From the NCBI GenBank assembly GCA_030704615.1, contig CM060731.1, positions 7,812,001-7,876,000 on the forward strand: a stretch of DNA of 64,000 bases. The letters run 5' to 3'. Shown here in pieces: positions 37,201 to 49,883 of the stretch (within the stretch, counting starts at the first letter, position 1; the number at the start of each line of letters is the position of its first letter). The notes under the pieces are model-generated. The model was not told where the DNA came from and made no database searches. It saw only the letters and a program-made list of their open reading frames with translations. A program made the position numbers and the translations under genes. Origin of the DNA: Takakia lepidozioides (taxonomy: Eukaryota > Plantae > Bryophyta).

Positions 37201-37980
37201 AGGTTGTACATGGACTCATTTATACCAAGACCAAGGAGATAGCAAGTATTGTCATGGGGTGCGGGTTATACTACGCTGCTTGTTTTCTGGTACGTTACCA
37301 CATTGAGCAACAAAAGATGCAAACACGCTTTCTGAGTTATTCCAGTGGAGATCATTGGGTATTACCTTCGGTGCCACCTCATATGTACCTATATGACCCA
37401 AAAGTTATGATGCAAAAGGATTCTCAATTCGTTCATGGTTTCAAGCGGCTTGGAACCATTTGTCAACACAAAAATTCGGCATTGATGACATTTTCTATAA
37501 GGGACATGTGGCATGGAAATACTTGCACGCTGCACCAGTAATTGGTACCCACTCACCTGGACAGACAAGGAGCTCAGTGTCTACACCAATTTTGCTGTTC
37601 AGCGGTTACACCAAGTTGTAAAATACAAACTTCCAGACATGGTAGGACAGCATTGTATGCCCCAGATGATTCCACAAAAAGTTTGAAAATTAAAACACCT
37701 GAGAGGCGATGAGGATTCTGATACAACCGTTTCTTCATGGAATTCTTTTGACATGGGAGAAGACTATGCAATTCAGATGGCAGAGAAGAAGCAAAGGGGG
37801 TCTCCTATGCCGGAAAGGTTACCTCGATATCAGCCTCCAGAGGGCCTCACTTATCCAGGTAGTGATCAACCATCTCCGTCAACCAGAGACAGACCTCGGG
37901 CTCGTACACACAGTCCGCCACGAAACTCTCAACGTCAAGAAGGTGCTCACTCACAAAGGTTTGCTAGTCGAAATCAGTAA
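34255..37980 (+). pseudogene. A1 extra 3' ORF (frameshifted): N-terminal plant-transposon-protein-like domain, coiled coil, C-terminal globular domain
   Basis: ORFs 34502-35821, 35779-36822 and 36813-37541, homologous to 55326-59075 and 43039-44964. Start position approximate. Confidence 0.75.
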
Positions 37981-38018
37981 ACCGTGAGGACACGGCTTTT
38001 TGAGGGGGGAAGGGGTAA

Positions 38019-38933
38019 TGTTAGAGGACTGTCGGGGACTTAGACACTTATACGGGATCTGTAGGGTACCCTTAATTTTTGCACAGACTGAGACCAATTG
38101 GAGCCTTAGGGGTGACAGCAGCGCACTATAGAGGGGGGTTACACAGCCCGTCACAGTCGTCCCAGTCGTCACAGCCGACACAGCCAACACAGCCCGGCAC
38201 AGCCACACAGCCAGTCACAGCCCGACACAGCCAAACACAGTCGCACAGCCAGTCCACAGCCCGTCACAGTTCACACAGTTAGTCACAGCTTGACACAGCT
38301 GTCACGATCATAGGGAACGAAGAAGTAGGAACGACTGTGGGGAACAACACCTGCGAAGGGAACATGTTAGTTCACAGACACGGTTAGTGAGGGAAACGGT
38401 TAGAACCGCGGATAGGAAGATAAAGGGAGAGGAGAAACGGAATGAGACATGATTCGGAGGAGGACTTCTTGTGATAGAGGAGAGGGGATCGGGCAGAGAT
38501 GAAGAACGGAAGTGAAGATAGAGGATGAAGAGTGATGCTGATAAGATGCTTGATATATGCAATGGCTGTAATGATATTGATGAGGAGATTAGAGACACAA
38601 TGGCTTCGGCCTGATACCTGATAAATCATAATCGGATACTTTTACGATACAATCACACTGTGTAGAGAGATCTGAGTGAAGCTGTGGAATGAATGGATGA
38701 GTTGATGGAATCCAATAGATGATAAAGCAAACTGATACTTAATTATCAATGGTAAGATAGTAACATGAATACCAAAAGGGAAAACAAATAGGAAACACCC
38801 CCAGGATACACTAGCTGTAGGTCATGACTGATTGTTCTGCGCGGGCTGAGTACTTAGAGATTTCCAACTCTTCAATCTTGGAGTTTTTCGCGCCTCGATA
38901 GCGAAGGGATGGGTGAGTAAAAGCCGCGCGACA
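38019..38933 (+). repeat. A1 3' LTR
   Basis: Follows PPT gaggggggaagggg; differs from the 5' LTR mostly by small indels and array length. Confidence 0.95.
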
Positions 38934-41900
38934 AACCATAGATACAGTGACATGGAGAGGTCTTTGATTCAGATGAGGACTCAAGATCTCTGGAGGCAGG
39001 TTTGGTGGAGCTCTCTGGGAGAAATATGCTTCAGCCCAGTGATGAAGTGATGCCGGCCAAGAAGGATGTCTAGGCAATTGGACGGAGAGAGTATGTGCGG
39101 TGATTACGGCCTGTAAATGTCAGACCAAAGTCCGATAGGATATGCCATGCCGACACCAGAGGAGTTTTTTTGTGATCTTTGATGCCATTGGGCAGCCAAG
39201 GCCTTACTAGCACGTTGGATTTACGATCCGGATATACCAGTTGCGATCAGGAGGTGGATAAGCAAAAGACGGCATTATTAGGGATCAATGAGCACGGAAA
39301 GGAGGCCGTATACCAGTGGTGGGTTCTTACCATTTGGGCTTAAAAACGCCCCCCCGCTATGTTCAAAGAGTCATGGATAGGATTCTAGCAGGGGTGGAGT
39401 TTGCTCGGTGCTACATAGATGACATCATCTCTTTAGTGCTACGGTGGAGGAGCATGAGAGATGAGAGACACTTCAGGGGGTATTTGAGCGCTTGAGGGCG
39501 CACGGATTGAAGTTACATCCGGGAAGCATGCAAGTTTTTCCACAACCAGATTGAGTATCTGGGTCACATGATATATCCTGGGGATTGGGGGTACAGCAGA
39601 CTAAGGTAGAGTCCATATGCACAGGTTCCACGCCCACGGATGTGAGCCGAGTTCGAGCTTTCATGGGGTTAGCAAACATACAGACGGTTTGTTAAGGGAT
39701 TTAGTGGCCATTGCAAAAGGCTCTAACAAGCTGACCAAAGGTGGACCAGGAGAGTGGCGGCAGTGGAGGAGATGAGCAAGAACAAGCTTTTTCAAGAGAT
39801 CAAGGCTGAGGCGAGGTTGACCTCGGCGCACATTTGAGACGACCTATCAGGGGGCGTCTCTTTTCAGCTGCATACAGATTGGAGCATGGTGGGGCTTTGG
39901 AGGCGGTGCTCACACAGGTGGATGATGAGATAAGAAGAGAGTTCGTAGTGGCTTTATGCTAGCCGCTCGAACAACACTGCAGAGTCTAAGTATAGCTCAT
40001 ATGAGGGAGAGAATGCTTAGCTGTAGTGTGGGCCGTGGCACACTTCAGGTGCTATCTATACGGCAATCTCTTCACCCTTGTCACGGATCACCAACCACTC
40101 AAATGGTTGATAGAGTCAGACAAGCTTACGGGGAAGCTTGCACGGTGGGCACTCATCCTTCAAGAGTATGACTTTCAGGTGGTGCATCGACCGGGTTGGT
40201 CAATCGCAATGCAGATGGGTTGAGTCGCAATCCATGCACCAAGCCAACAGGATGACACTAGAGCTCGGTGGCATGGTTGAGACGGACGAGGAGATGGTAC
40301 CCGGATGGCATGCATCTGCATTTCTGTGTATCTTGGCAGCGGAAGGCCAGGTTGGACCTGCAACAGGGATGACTGTAGATCAAGTGTCTGAGGACCCTGA
40401 GGCCAGCAATGAGCAAGGTGGCGCCAAGATATACATGAGGATTCAATTGTGTTGGACTTACCTCCGCATTGGAGACACGGCAGCCACTGTGACTGCCAAG
40501 GAGAGGGATCGGATCCTACAACGAGCCAAGAGGTGTTCAAGGGTGGAGGGGGACACACCTGCTCCGAGTGTGGGAGGATGGTCGAGTGAGGAATTGTGCC
40601 TCACCCAACACCGCGGGCACGGTTAGTGCGGCATGCCCATGAGGAGTTGGGGCATTTTTGGGTGCGACGCACTCATAGTCTACTTGCAGGGGCAGTATTG
40701 GTGTGCGTGGTATGCACACAGAGGTTTGCAACAATTTGTGGCTAGGTGCATGGTGTGTGACAGGGTGCGTGCTTCATTCAACGCCCCTACTCCACAATTG
40801 CACCCTCTTCCGATCACGGGATTGGGCTACAGGTGGAGTCTTGACTTCGCAGGGCCGTTGCCACTGACCATGCGCCACAACAAGTACGTGTTGGTGATGG
40901 TGGAGCACTTCTCCAAGTGGATTGAATTGGTTCCATTGCCTGATAAGGCTAGTGAGGGAGCTGCATATGCATTCCTGGATTGTGTGCTTAGCCGATTCGG
41001 TGCTCCAGCTGAGGTATTCACGGACAAGGAGAGAGTAGAGGTCTGGGGGGGAGTTTCAGGCTTGTGTGACAAGGCCTTGATAGACCACCGCACCACTTCT
41101 CGGGATCATTCTGAGGCCGATGGCTTGGCGAGAGAGGTTGTTCAGACAGTAAAGAGGGGTTTGCGCAAGTATGGCTTGCAGAAGGGACACCTAGGAGATT
41201 GGGACCTTCAGTTACCCCTGGTTAGCCATGGGCTACAGGTTCAGCAACCAAGCATCACTTGACCCTTCTCACCATACTTCTTCTCTTTGGCCGAGAGCCG
41301 GATTTGCCTACATCCATTCGCAGAGAAGCTGCTACAGTTCTTAACCTTGACGATCCGGACATGTGGGCACGTGCATGTGAGCATCGTGCAGAGTTTTATT
41401 CAAGAGAGTCATGCCCATGGCTTTCGAGAAACCTTGCAATTGCACAACACCGTGATACGTTGAGGTATGCTACCATACGTGGGTGGGGGCTATCGTCCTG
41501 GGGTTCGGAGATTCAACCTGGTGACTATGTCTATCTGCAGCAGGACTGCTCCTATGACCCGGATGTGACGCAGGACGTGTTATTTGAGGGTTTGAGAGGT
41601 CTTGCCCTCAGGCGTCTTGGTCTTGGAGGGTCGGGATGGCATAACTTGAAAGGACCATGTGCGTAATTGTGCGCCATGTCACCTTCCGATGTCGATGGCA
41701 AAGATTGACCCCAAACCTGTCAGTGGTATCTGCAGGTTTGAGGTGCATGTTGTGTGGGTCTGCAAAGGGGCAGCCACCATGCTGGTGTGCGATTCGATGC
41801 TCTAGAGGTTGGCATATGGGATGCTTGACTCCACCTCTTGAGATGGTTCCATATGCGGATTGGTTATGTCCAATTGCATTGGATAGTGGTAGTTGGATAC
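38934..41900 (+). pseudogene. pol: Element D RT, RNase H, integrase and C-terminal PHD finger; many indels
   Basis: LPFGLKNAP, CYIDDI (~39409-39426), HTDWS, YSSYEGECL, VTDHQPLKWL, CMVC, WSLDFAGP, EHFSKW. PHD at 41744-41877. Confidence 0.88.
41744..41877 (+). other. PHD zinc finger at the integrase C-terminus
   Basis: CMLC...MLVCD(fs)RCSRGWHMGCLTPPLEMVPYADWLCP(fs)C, i.e. Cys4-His-Cys3 with the typical H-x-x-CL-x-PPL-x-x-VP-x-x-DW-x-CP tail. Confidence 0.85.
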
Positions 41901-42247
41901 AACCATGGAAGGCTAACAAGAAACGAAAGGCCCAGCTACTAGGAGACCTTGAACACCGAGATCCTGGCTCAAGTTCACAGATTGCAAGACGGCGACTAAC
42001 GATGGGGCACTCTGTACCCGGCCCCTTGGTCTATAGAGTTTGAGTACAATAGGGACCGTGATAGAGGACTTAGTACGGTTGTGGCTATTACATCTTGTAG
42101 CTATCTGGAGGTAGAGGGGACTATCCACCAGCTAGGGGGGACGGGCGGGGCGATTGTGACAAGACTACTTTATTGTGCCAATATGTGTGGTGTTGGTTTG
42201 GCCAGCGATGTAGTTGCTATTGTAGCGATATGTATGCGCACGACAGC

Positions 42248-42538
42248 TGTCAAGTGTAAATAAGCACAGTGTGAAAAACAGCTAGAAATTAGAACTAGTT
42301 ATTTGTATTTAACACTGGATTTAGGTCAAGTATTTTAAATCAGGTGTCAAGTTTAGTTTGACACCTGGTCCGTCTTATCTTCACGAGAGCGGCAGTCGCG
42401 CAGCTCATCTCTCTCGAGTTGCGCCTGCGCGACCAAGCCCTGCATGCGTTTAGATTTGAGTGTGCTATGTAGGGGTACAGGTTGTTGTGGGTGGAGTCCC
42501 AAACTAGCGTGGGGTGCCCCTGGCTCGACTACTGTTTT
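42248..42538 (+). repeat. Element D right terminal repeat, truncated by the assembly gap
   Basis: Colinear with 17575-17860. May begin earlier at 42155 (TGTGACA after a purine tract). Confidence 0.85.
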
Positions 42539-43038
42539 NNNNNNNNNNNNNNNNNNNNNNNNNNNNNNNNNNNNNNNNNNNNNNNNNNNNNNNNNNNNNN
42601 NNNNNNNNNNNNNNNNNNNNNNNNNNNNNNNNNNNNNNNNNNNNNNNNNNNNNNNNNNNNNNNNNNNNNNNNNNNNNNNNNNNNNNNNNNNNNNNNNNNN
42701 NNNNNNNNNNNNNNNNNNNNNNNNNNNNNNNNNNNNNNNNNNNNNNNNNNNNNNNNNNNNNNNNNNNNNNNNNNNNNNNNNNNNNNNNNNNNNNNNNNNN
42801 NNNNNNNNNNNNNNNNNNNNNNNNNNNNNNNNNNNNNNNNNNNNNNNNNNNNNNNNNNNNNNNNNNNNNNNNNNNNNNNNNNNNNNNNNNNNNNNNNNNN
42901 NNNNNNNNNNNNNNNNNNNNNNNNNNNNNNNNNNNNNNNNNNNNNNNNNNNNNNNNNNNNNNNNNNNNNNNNNNNNNNNNNNNNNNNNNNNNNNNNNNNN
43001 NNNNNNNNNNNNNNNNNNNNNNNNNNNNNNNNNNNNNN
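42539..43038. other. Assembly gap (500 N)
   Basis: Run of N. Confidence 1.
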
Positions 43039-45979
43039 TGAGAGCAAGAAGTAAATGCACTACATACGGAGTTGCAGACAGTGCATGACAGGATGGCCAT
43101 ACAATGTGCTTTACACTCACAACTACGCTTGAGCAAACTACAAAAGAAGTTAACAACCAAGCGGAAAGATGTATAAAGACACAGGCAGATAATGTCGAGC
43201 AGTCAAAACTCATTGTTGATATGAAGAATACAATCTGTCGCAATGAGAATACTTTCAAGCAATACAGGCGGGTTGAAGCTGACCAAGAGAGGTACATCCT
43301 GGAATTGCAACAAACAGTCATGACCAATAGAAATGAACTCTCTGTCGCTAACAAGGCTTGGAAGGAAGCCAATAATCTGGTTGCTGCCTATGCGAGTTTA
43401 ATTGAACCTCATGCGAAGCGCATGGAGGCTTTACAGCAGCGGTTAGATATGTACAAACTCAGAGAGGAGCAAACTCTCAGAGGTGCCACAACCAACTTGG
43501 TGGATAACCACCTTCTGCACAAGGACCGGTGGAAGGCAAAGCACCACGGAAGCTCACCCAAAGCGAGATGAATGAGCTCAGACTGCAGGTACAGAACATT
43601 GCCACAACTACTATAGACAATGTCTATAGTAGGATAGCGGAGCTACAAGAGGATGTAGACGGCCTGTAGACTCAGGTGGAGGACCTGACATCAAATATTG
43701 ACAAGAGAGTCTTTGTACCTGAGGAGCAGCTGATGGCTTCTTATTTACAAGCCAGAACTTTAACTTTTCAGTCTTCTTCGCAGGGGGTGCAGGAGATGCC
43801 AGTGGTACAAGAGCCAGTGCTACCAATACCACAACAAGTGACTGTGACAGTAGCTGACCCTGTTGTTACTACAGCCACACCACAGCCGCCACAGCCTGAG
43901 GTATGGGGGGATGCTGCTTTTAACCCACCTAAAACTCCTACTGCACGCGAGTACAGTCGGACTATGATTATGCCCTTCAACCAAATTCCCATTGTGTTGG
44001 ATATGGCTTGGAAGGAATTTAGTCCTCCGCAGTCGTTGGCACATTACTACCAGATCATGCGCATTTGGCTGCTAGTGGCAACTAGGACTAAGGTTCTTCC
44101 GAACAATCGACCCATTGAGGATCATCACTTTGCGAGGTACTGGCATGAAGCAAGTACCATGTTGAAGGAATTAATTGCCTTCCAAGTTGTACATGGATTC
44201 ATTTATACCAAGACCAAAGAGGTAGCAAGTATTGTCATGGGCTGCGGGTTATACTATGCTGCTTGTTTTCTGGCACGTTATCACATTGAGCAGCAGAAGA
44301 TGCAATCGCGCTTTCTGAGTTATTCTAGTGGGGATCATTGGGTCTTACCTTCAGTGCCACCTCATATGTACCTATATGAGCCAAAAGTTATGATGCAAAA
44401 GGATTCACAAATTCGTTCATGGTTTCATTCGGCCTGGAACAATTTGTCAACACAGAAATTTGGCCCTCACGATATTTTCTTTAAGGGACATGAGGCATGG
44501 AAATACTTGCACAATTCACAAGTCATTGGCACACCACTCACCTTTACGGACAAGGAGTTCAGGGTCTTCCCCAATTTTGCCATTCAGCGATTACAGCAAG
44601 TTTTGCAGTTTAAACTTCCAGACATGGTGGGACCACATTGTATGCCCCAGAGAATTCCAGTTAGTGTTCGACCGTTAAAACACCTCAGGGGGGATGAGGA
44701 TTATGATACTACTGTTTTTCAGCGGACTCTTTTGACATGGCAGAGGACTATGCAATTCAGATGGCAGAGAAGAAACGACGGGGATCTCCTATGCCTGAGA
44801 AGTTACCTCGATATCAGCCAAAGGAGGGACTGACATTTCCAGGTTGTGCTCAATCATATCCATCAAATAGTGACAGGACACGGGCTCGTACACGCAGTCC
44901 TTCACGAGACTCTCACCGTCAGAAGGGTGTTCGCTCACAAAAGTTTGCTAATCCCAAACAGTAAACCGTGAGGACACGGCTTTTTGAGAGGAGGAGGGGT
45001 AAATGTTAGAGGGCTGCTTGGGACTTGGATGCTTTTACGGGATCTGTGGGGTAGCCTTAATTTTTACACAGACTAAGACCAACAGGAGCCTTAGGGGTGA
45101 CAGCAACAGGCTTTAGGGGGGGAGATACACAGCCCGACACAGTCCATCACAGTCCAACAGAGCCGACACAGTCACCACAGCCGTCACCGCTTCGCACAAC
45201 CATCACAGCTTCGCACAGCCCACACAACCCGTCACAGTCCGACACAGCCGACACAGCCGATCACAGCTTCGCACAGCCAGTCACAGCCCAACACAGCCGC
45301 CACAGCTTCGCACACAGCCTGATACAGCCAGTCACAGCTCGGCACAGCTGGGGGACACTTATCATTGGCAAAGAACGACCATGGGGGAACGACATCTGAA
45401 AAAGGAACGTGTACTACAGGGATGACGGTTAGTTAGGAAAGCGATTAGAACAGCTTGTAGGTAGAAAAAGCGAAGAGCGGGGACGTCTGGAGATCACTTC
45501 TTGGGGGGGGACTTCTGGCATCATGGCTTGGAAATAGAGGGGAGAGCACATCACTGAGTGGAAAGATGAAGAGCACAGAGTAGGAGAAGTGACGATCTGT
45601 TGTTACTTGATGAATGCAAGCTGTAGAATTGTAATGTAAAGTAGATTAGAGATACCATGGTTTCAGCCTGATACTTGATAGATATTAATCTGATACATAC
45701 TTCATACTCACACTGTGTAGAGAGACCTGAGTGAAGCTGTGGAATGAATGGAACTTGATAGATTTCTGAAGCAAACTGATACTTAATTGCAGACAGTAAG
45801 GTAACTCGTTAACATGAATGTGGGAAGGAGTACAAATAGGAAACACCCCCATGATACACTAGCTGTAGGTCATGACTGATTGTTCTGAGCGGGCTGAGTG
45901 CTTAGAGATTTCCAACTCTTCTATCTTGGAGTTCCCACCTCGGATAGCAAAGGGATGGGTGAGTAAAAGCCGCTCGACA
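43039..45979 (+). mobile_element. Family A copy A3, 3' part (extra 3' ORF C-terminus, PPT, 3' LTR 45004-45979)
   Basis: Homology to 57440-59400; PPT gagaggaggagggg; LTR TGTTAG...CGACA followed by GATAC. Confidence 0.9.
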
Positions 45980-46014
45980 GATACGCACAGTTTATAAGGA
46001 GTGCACCCCCCGGG

Positions 46015-46900
46015 AGTGAAAGATTGTGGAAGCCTTGTCTGCCAACTTGCTTCCCCTCTTTGTGGATCAAAATCCACATCCGCTTCTCTTGGCTTAGGAG
46101 CACGCGTTGTTGCTCGAGTGACAGCAGCTGCAGAGTCCACATGCAATGGTCCTACAAGTGCGGCTCCATACATAAAGCCCATACCAATCTGGTCTTCCCT
46201 AGGGATAGGAGGTTGTGCAGGTGGGGCTTGAACCTCAGGCCTTGGAGCTGGAGCAACATGAGTAGTGGCAGTAGCAAGACGTTGCTCTAGTTGGGCAAAC
46301 CTATCCACCATGCCTTGGTCATGACCTTGACCCTGACCCTGTGCTCCTTGGTTTTGGTTATGACCTCCACCATGACCTCTGCCTCCTCTACCTCTCTGGA
46401 ATACATTGCCTCGTCCTCGGCCACCATTGTTCCCTTGGAACTAGCCTGGCCGTAGCTCAGGATGCAAGTCATAACAAATGGGTCTCTTCATGCCTATACT
46501 TGCCACAATGCCTACACTGTGGTTGTGTAGGTTGTGCCTGTGCCGACCCTTTGCCTCTCTCCGGGCAATCTCTCTTAACATGGGATCCTCCACAATCCCA
46601 ACATGTTACTCCCGACTGTTGTTGGCCTGAGAATGAAGGAAGTGACCTCTGCAATTGAGATCCTCTCTGTCCTTCCCTGGGCTTCGCCTAAGCCCTTTTG
46701 TTGCCTTGAGCACATTGGGGTAGTGGTTGTTGTTGGCTAGGAGCCCCACTTCATTGTGTCTCCTTACCAAACCCCACCATGACCACTCGCCAACCACTCG
46801 CTCTTCCACTATATTGAGCTCTATCTGCTCTGCCAGCAAAAACATGTTTAGGTTGGGCCACTTGTAGGAGAGTTGCATCTCGCACCATTCTCCTCAGCTC
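46015..46900 (-). pseudogene. Decayed gag fragment of a second, diverged element D-family copy
   Basis: FLLAEQIELNIVEERVV, CWDCGGSHVKRDCPE, QLEQRLA and DPQRGEASWQTRLPQSFT match the Gag of 21394-24216. Confidence 0.88.
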
Positions 46901-46901
46901 A

Positions 46902-47611
46902 TATCAGATTAATATCTATCAAGTATCAGGCTGAAACCATGGTGTCTCTAATCTACTCTACATTACAATTCTACAGCTTGCATTCATCAAGTAACAACAG
47001 ATCGTCACTTCTCCTACTCTATGCTCTTCATCTTTCCACTCAGTGATGTGCTCTCCCCTCTATTTCCAAGCCGTGATGCCAGAAGCCCCCCCCCAAGAAG
47101 TGATTTCCAAACGTCCCCGCTCTTCGCTTTTTCTACCTACAAGCTGTTCTAACCGCTTTCCTAACTAACCGTCATCCCTGTAGTACACGTTCATTTTTCA
47201 GATGTCGTTCCCCCACAGTCGTTCCCTGCCAATGATAACTGTCCCCTAGCTGTGCCGAGCTGTGACTGGCTGTATCAGGCTGTGGCGGGCTGTGTAAGGC
47301 TGTGCGAAGCTGTGGCGGCTGTGTCGGGCTGTGACTGGCTGTGTTGGGCTGTGTCGGCTGTGCGAAGCTGTGATCGGCTGTGTCGGCTGTGTCGGACTGT
47401 GACGGGCTGTGTTGGCTGTGCGAAGCTGTGACGGCTGTGGTGACTGTGTCGGCTGTGTTGGACTGTGATGGACTGTGTCGGGCTGTGTATCTCCCCCCCT
47501 AAAGCCTGTTGCTGTCACCCCTAAGGCTCCTGTTGGTCTCAGTCTGTGTAAAAATTAAGGGTACCCCACAGATCCCGTAAAAGCGTCCAAGTCCCAAGCA
47601 GCCCTCTAACA
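46902..47611 (-). repeat. Family A LTR, 5' ~710 bp, near-identical to 45004-45695 in inverted orientation
   Basis: Reverse-complement match; preceded on its own strand by GATAC. Confidence 0.9.
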
Positions 47612-49026
47612 GTATCACGTGCGTTCGTCGCCTAATAAAAAAACCCCTTGTATACGGGTCCTTGGATAATTTATACCCCCTCTGTACATACTTTTTGAAG
47701 ATTATAAAATCCCCTCCTGTAAATATACAAAAATTTATAATTTTTAGAAAGTACCCCCTTCTGTATGTATATTCTCATTTTCCATCATTAAAAATAACCC
47801 TCCAATATGTATATGTATGTTTTTATATTATATCGAATTTATTCATTTAAAACATAATAAAATCTAACAAATTAATTAAAAAAATTATTTGCCTTTGATA
47901 AAGTTGTCAAAGACTTTTCGGTCATTTGCATCAAGAACATATGTGTTTGACTTGACATTGTACTTTAAACATGCTAACGCGATAATGGAATCCAAATCAA
48001 CCATCATGTTATCCGTCAAATCGTACGTATAGACCCCTCCTCGAATTTTTTGGTACCATGCTAACCCAATCTCCATATGAGAAGGACGCTCCAATAAATC
48101 AATAGAATCCCTACATTCTACAAACCGTTTATTGATTTTCTTCCGCATTCTTTGAACCCTGCCCAAATACCAAGTGCCTTTGGTTGCTCCTCTGCAGGTT
48201 TTCCCTGGTCTACCTTTCCTGTTTGTAGTTTGGATCGCAGTCTCCTCATCAACAAAAAATACAGCACAATCCGAACCCAATCCCAAGCTCGTGGCTTTGT
48301 TGCTGGTAGTTGGATTGTTTTCTCGGCAAAACAACATTGATGCACTTCTTACTCATGTCAATCTATCCTTGGATAGAGTAGGGTTGCCATTGAGTTGGCT
48401 AACCAAAGTGCTTTTGAATATGGTCTTCCCGTCTACTTTGACAAATGGAACCACTGCCTTCGATCCATCTTTCTCTTGTTCAAACTCATCAATGACAGCA
48501 TCCAGAGTATGTCTCAATTCACTTTGAACAAGTACCTCTTCCGCATGATCATCCAAAGGTTGGCTCAAAACATCCTCCATTGAATTCGAAGGCCCGCACA
48601 CCAATTCATCTTCCACGACCTCATTTTGAATATGTGTGTCTGCATTAAGAGGACAAATAGAATCTATGGCATCGACATCATCACCCTCCTCTTCCATGCT
48701 TTTGAATAGCTCGGCCTCCATTTGTCTCTCAATTGTCCATGGCTCATTCCACCAATCCAAGTTTGTTGTTTTGTTTGGTTTCATCCCAAGTTTATGGCAT
48801 AAAAGTTGCGCTTCTAGAAATCCAGTTTTCAAAGCCTCCACAATGCAATCATCCGATTGGACAGTAGAAAAGTCGGACAAATCAGCAAGGGGGGCAACCA
48901 CATTGTTTTTGAATGCCCCCACAATATGTTCGTACCCTGATTCCCCTTCTCCCACTTGCACCACAAAATTTGAAATACATACATGGTTGTCTTGAAGCCC
49001 ACAAAACCCGAGAAGGGTGTCATCCC
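47612..49026 (-). mobile_element. Fragment of a probable DNA transposon (ORFs 47885-48337 and 48353-48964), superfamily unassigned; its terminal 35 bp lie at 45980-46014
   Basis: Protein-like ORFs cut by the A2 LTR, AT-rich 3' region, and a putative CCCGGGGGG terminus abutting the D-like gag. Confidence 0.45.
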
Positions 49027-49883
49027 TGTTAGAGGACTGCCAGGGACTTAGACATTTTTACGGGATCTGTAGGGTACCCTTAATTTTTGCACAGACTGAG
49101 ATCAACAGGAGCCTTAGGGGTGACAGCAGCACACTGTAAAAGGGGGTTACACAGTCCATCACAGCCAACACAGCCCGTCACAGCCGACACAGCCACACAG
49201 CCAGTCACAGCCCGACACAGCCAAACACAGTCGCACATCCAGTCACAGCCAGTCACAGTTTCACACAGCCAGTCACAGCTTGACACAGCTGTCACGACCA
49301 TAGGGAACGGAGAGCAGGACAGGGAACGACTGTGGGGAAACAACACCTGCAAATGGAACATGTTAGTTCACGGACGACGGTTAGTGAGGAAAACGGTTAG
49401 AGCCACGGGTAGGAAGATAAAGGGAGAAGCATGGAGAGCACGGGGGATCAATCTTGGAAGCATTGGAGGGGAAGAATTTTTGGTCATGGAGGAGAGGGGA
49501 TTGGGCGGAGAGCAAGAACAAAAGCAAGCATGGAGAGCACGGGGAAGGAGGAGAGATGATTAGTAAATGCTTGTTATATGCAAAGCTGTAGTGATATTGT
49601 AGAGGAGATTAGAGACACAATGGCTTCGGCCTGATACCTAATAAATCATAATCTGATACTGATACGATACAATCACACTGTGTAGAGAGATCTGAGTGAA
49701 GCTGTGGAATGAATGGATGAGTTGATGAGCAAACTGATACTCAGTTATCAATAGTAAGGTAGCTAGCTCACATGAATGCGGAAAGAAAAACAAATAGGAA
49801 ACACCCCCATGATACACTAGCTGTAGGTCCTGACTGATTGTTCTGAGCGGGCTGAGTACTTAGAGATTTCCAACTCTTCTATC

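Larger units (their letters stand above)
25835..38933 (+). mobile_element. Family A copy A1: full-length Athila/Phygy-like non-chromoviral Ty3/Gypsy with extra 5' and 3' ORFs
   Basis: LTRs 25835-26803 and 38019-38933, PBS at 26806, PPT 38002-38015. RT motif VFLDDFSV; no chromodomain. TSD is imperfect (accct / aacca). Confidence 0.95.

Noticed and set aside
38019-42538. Dense frameshifts as evidence that element D is ancient
   Set aside because: Indels cluster next to the gap and also affect the A1 3' LTR, while D's 5' half is nearly clean. Low consensus quality is a likelier cause.
42353-43372. ORFs spanning the N run
   Set aside because: Artefacts of translating the gap.
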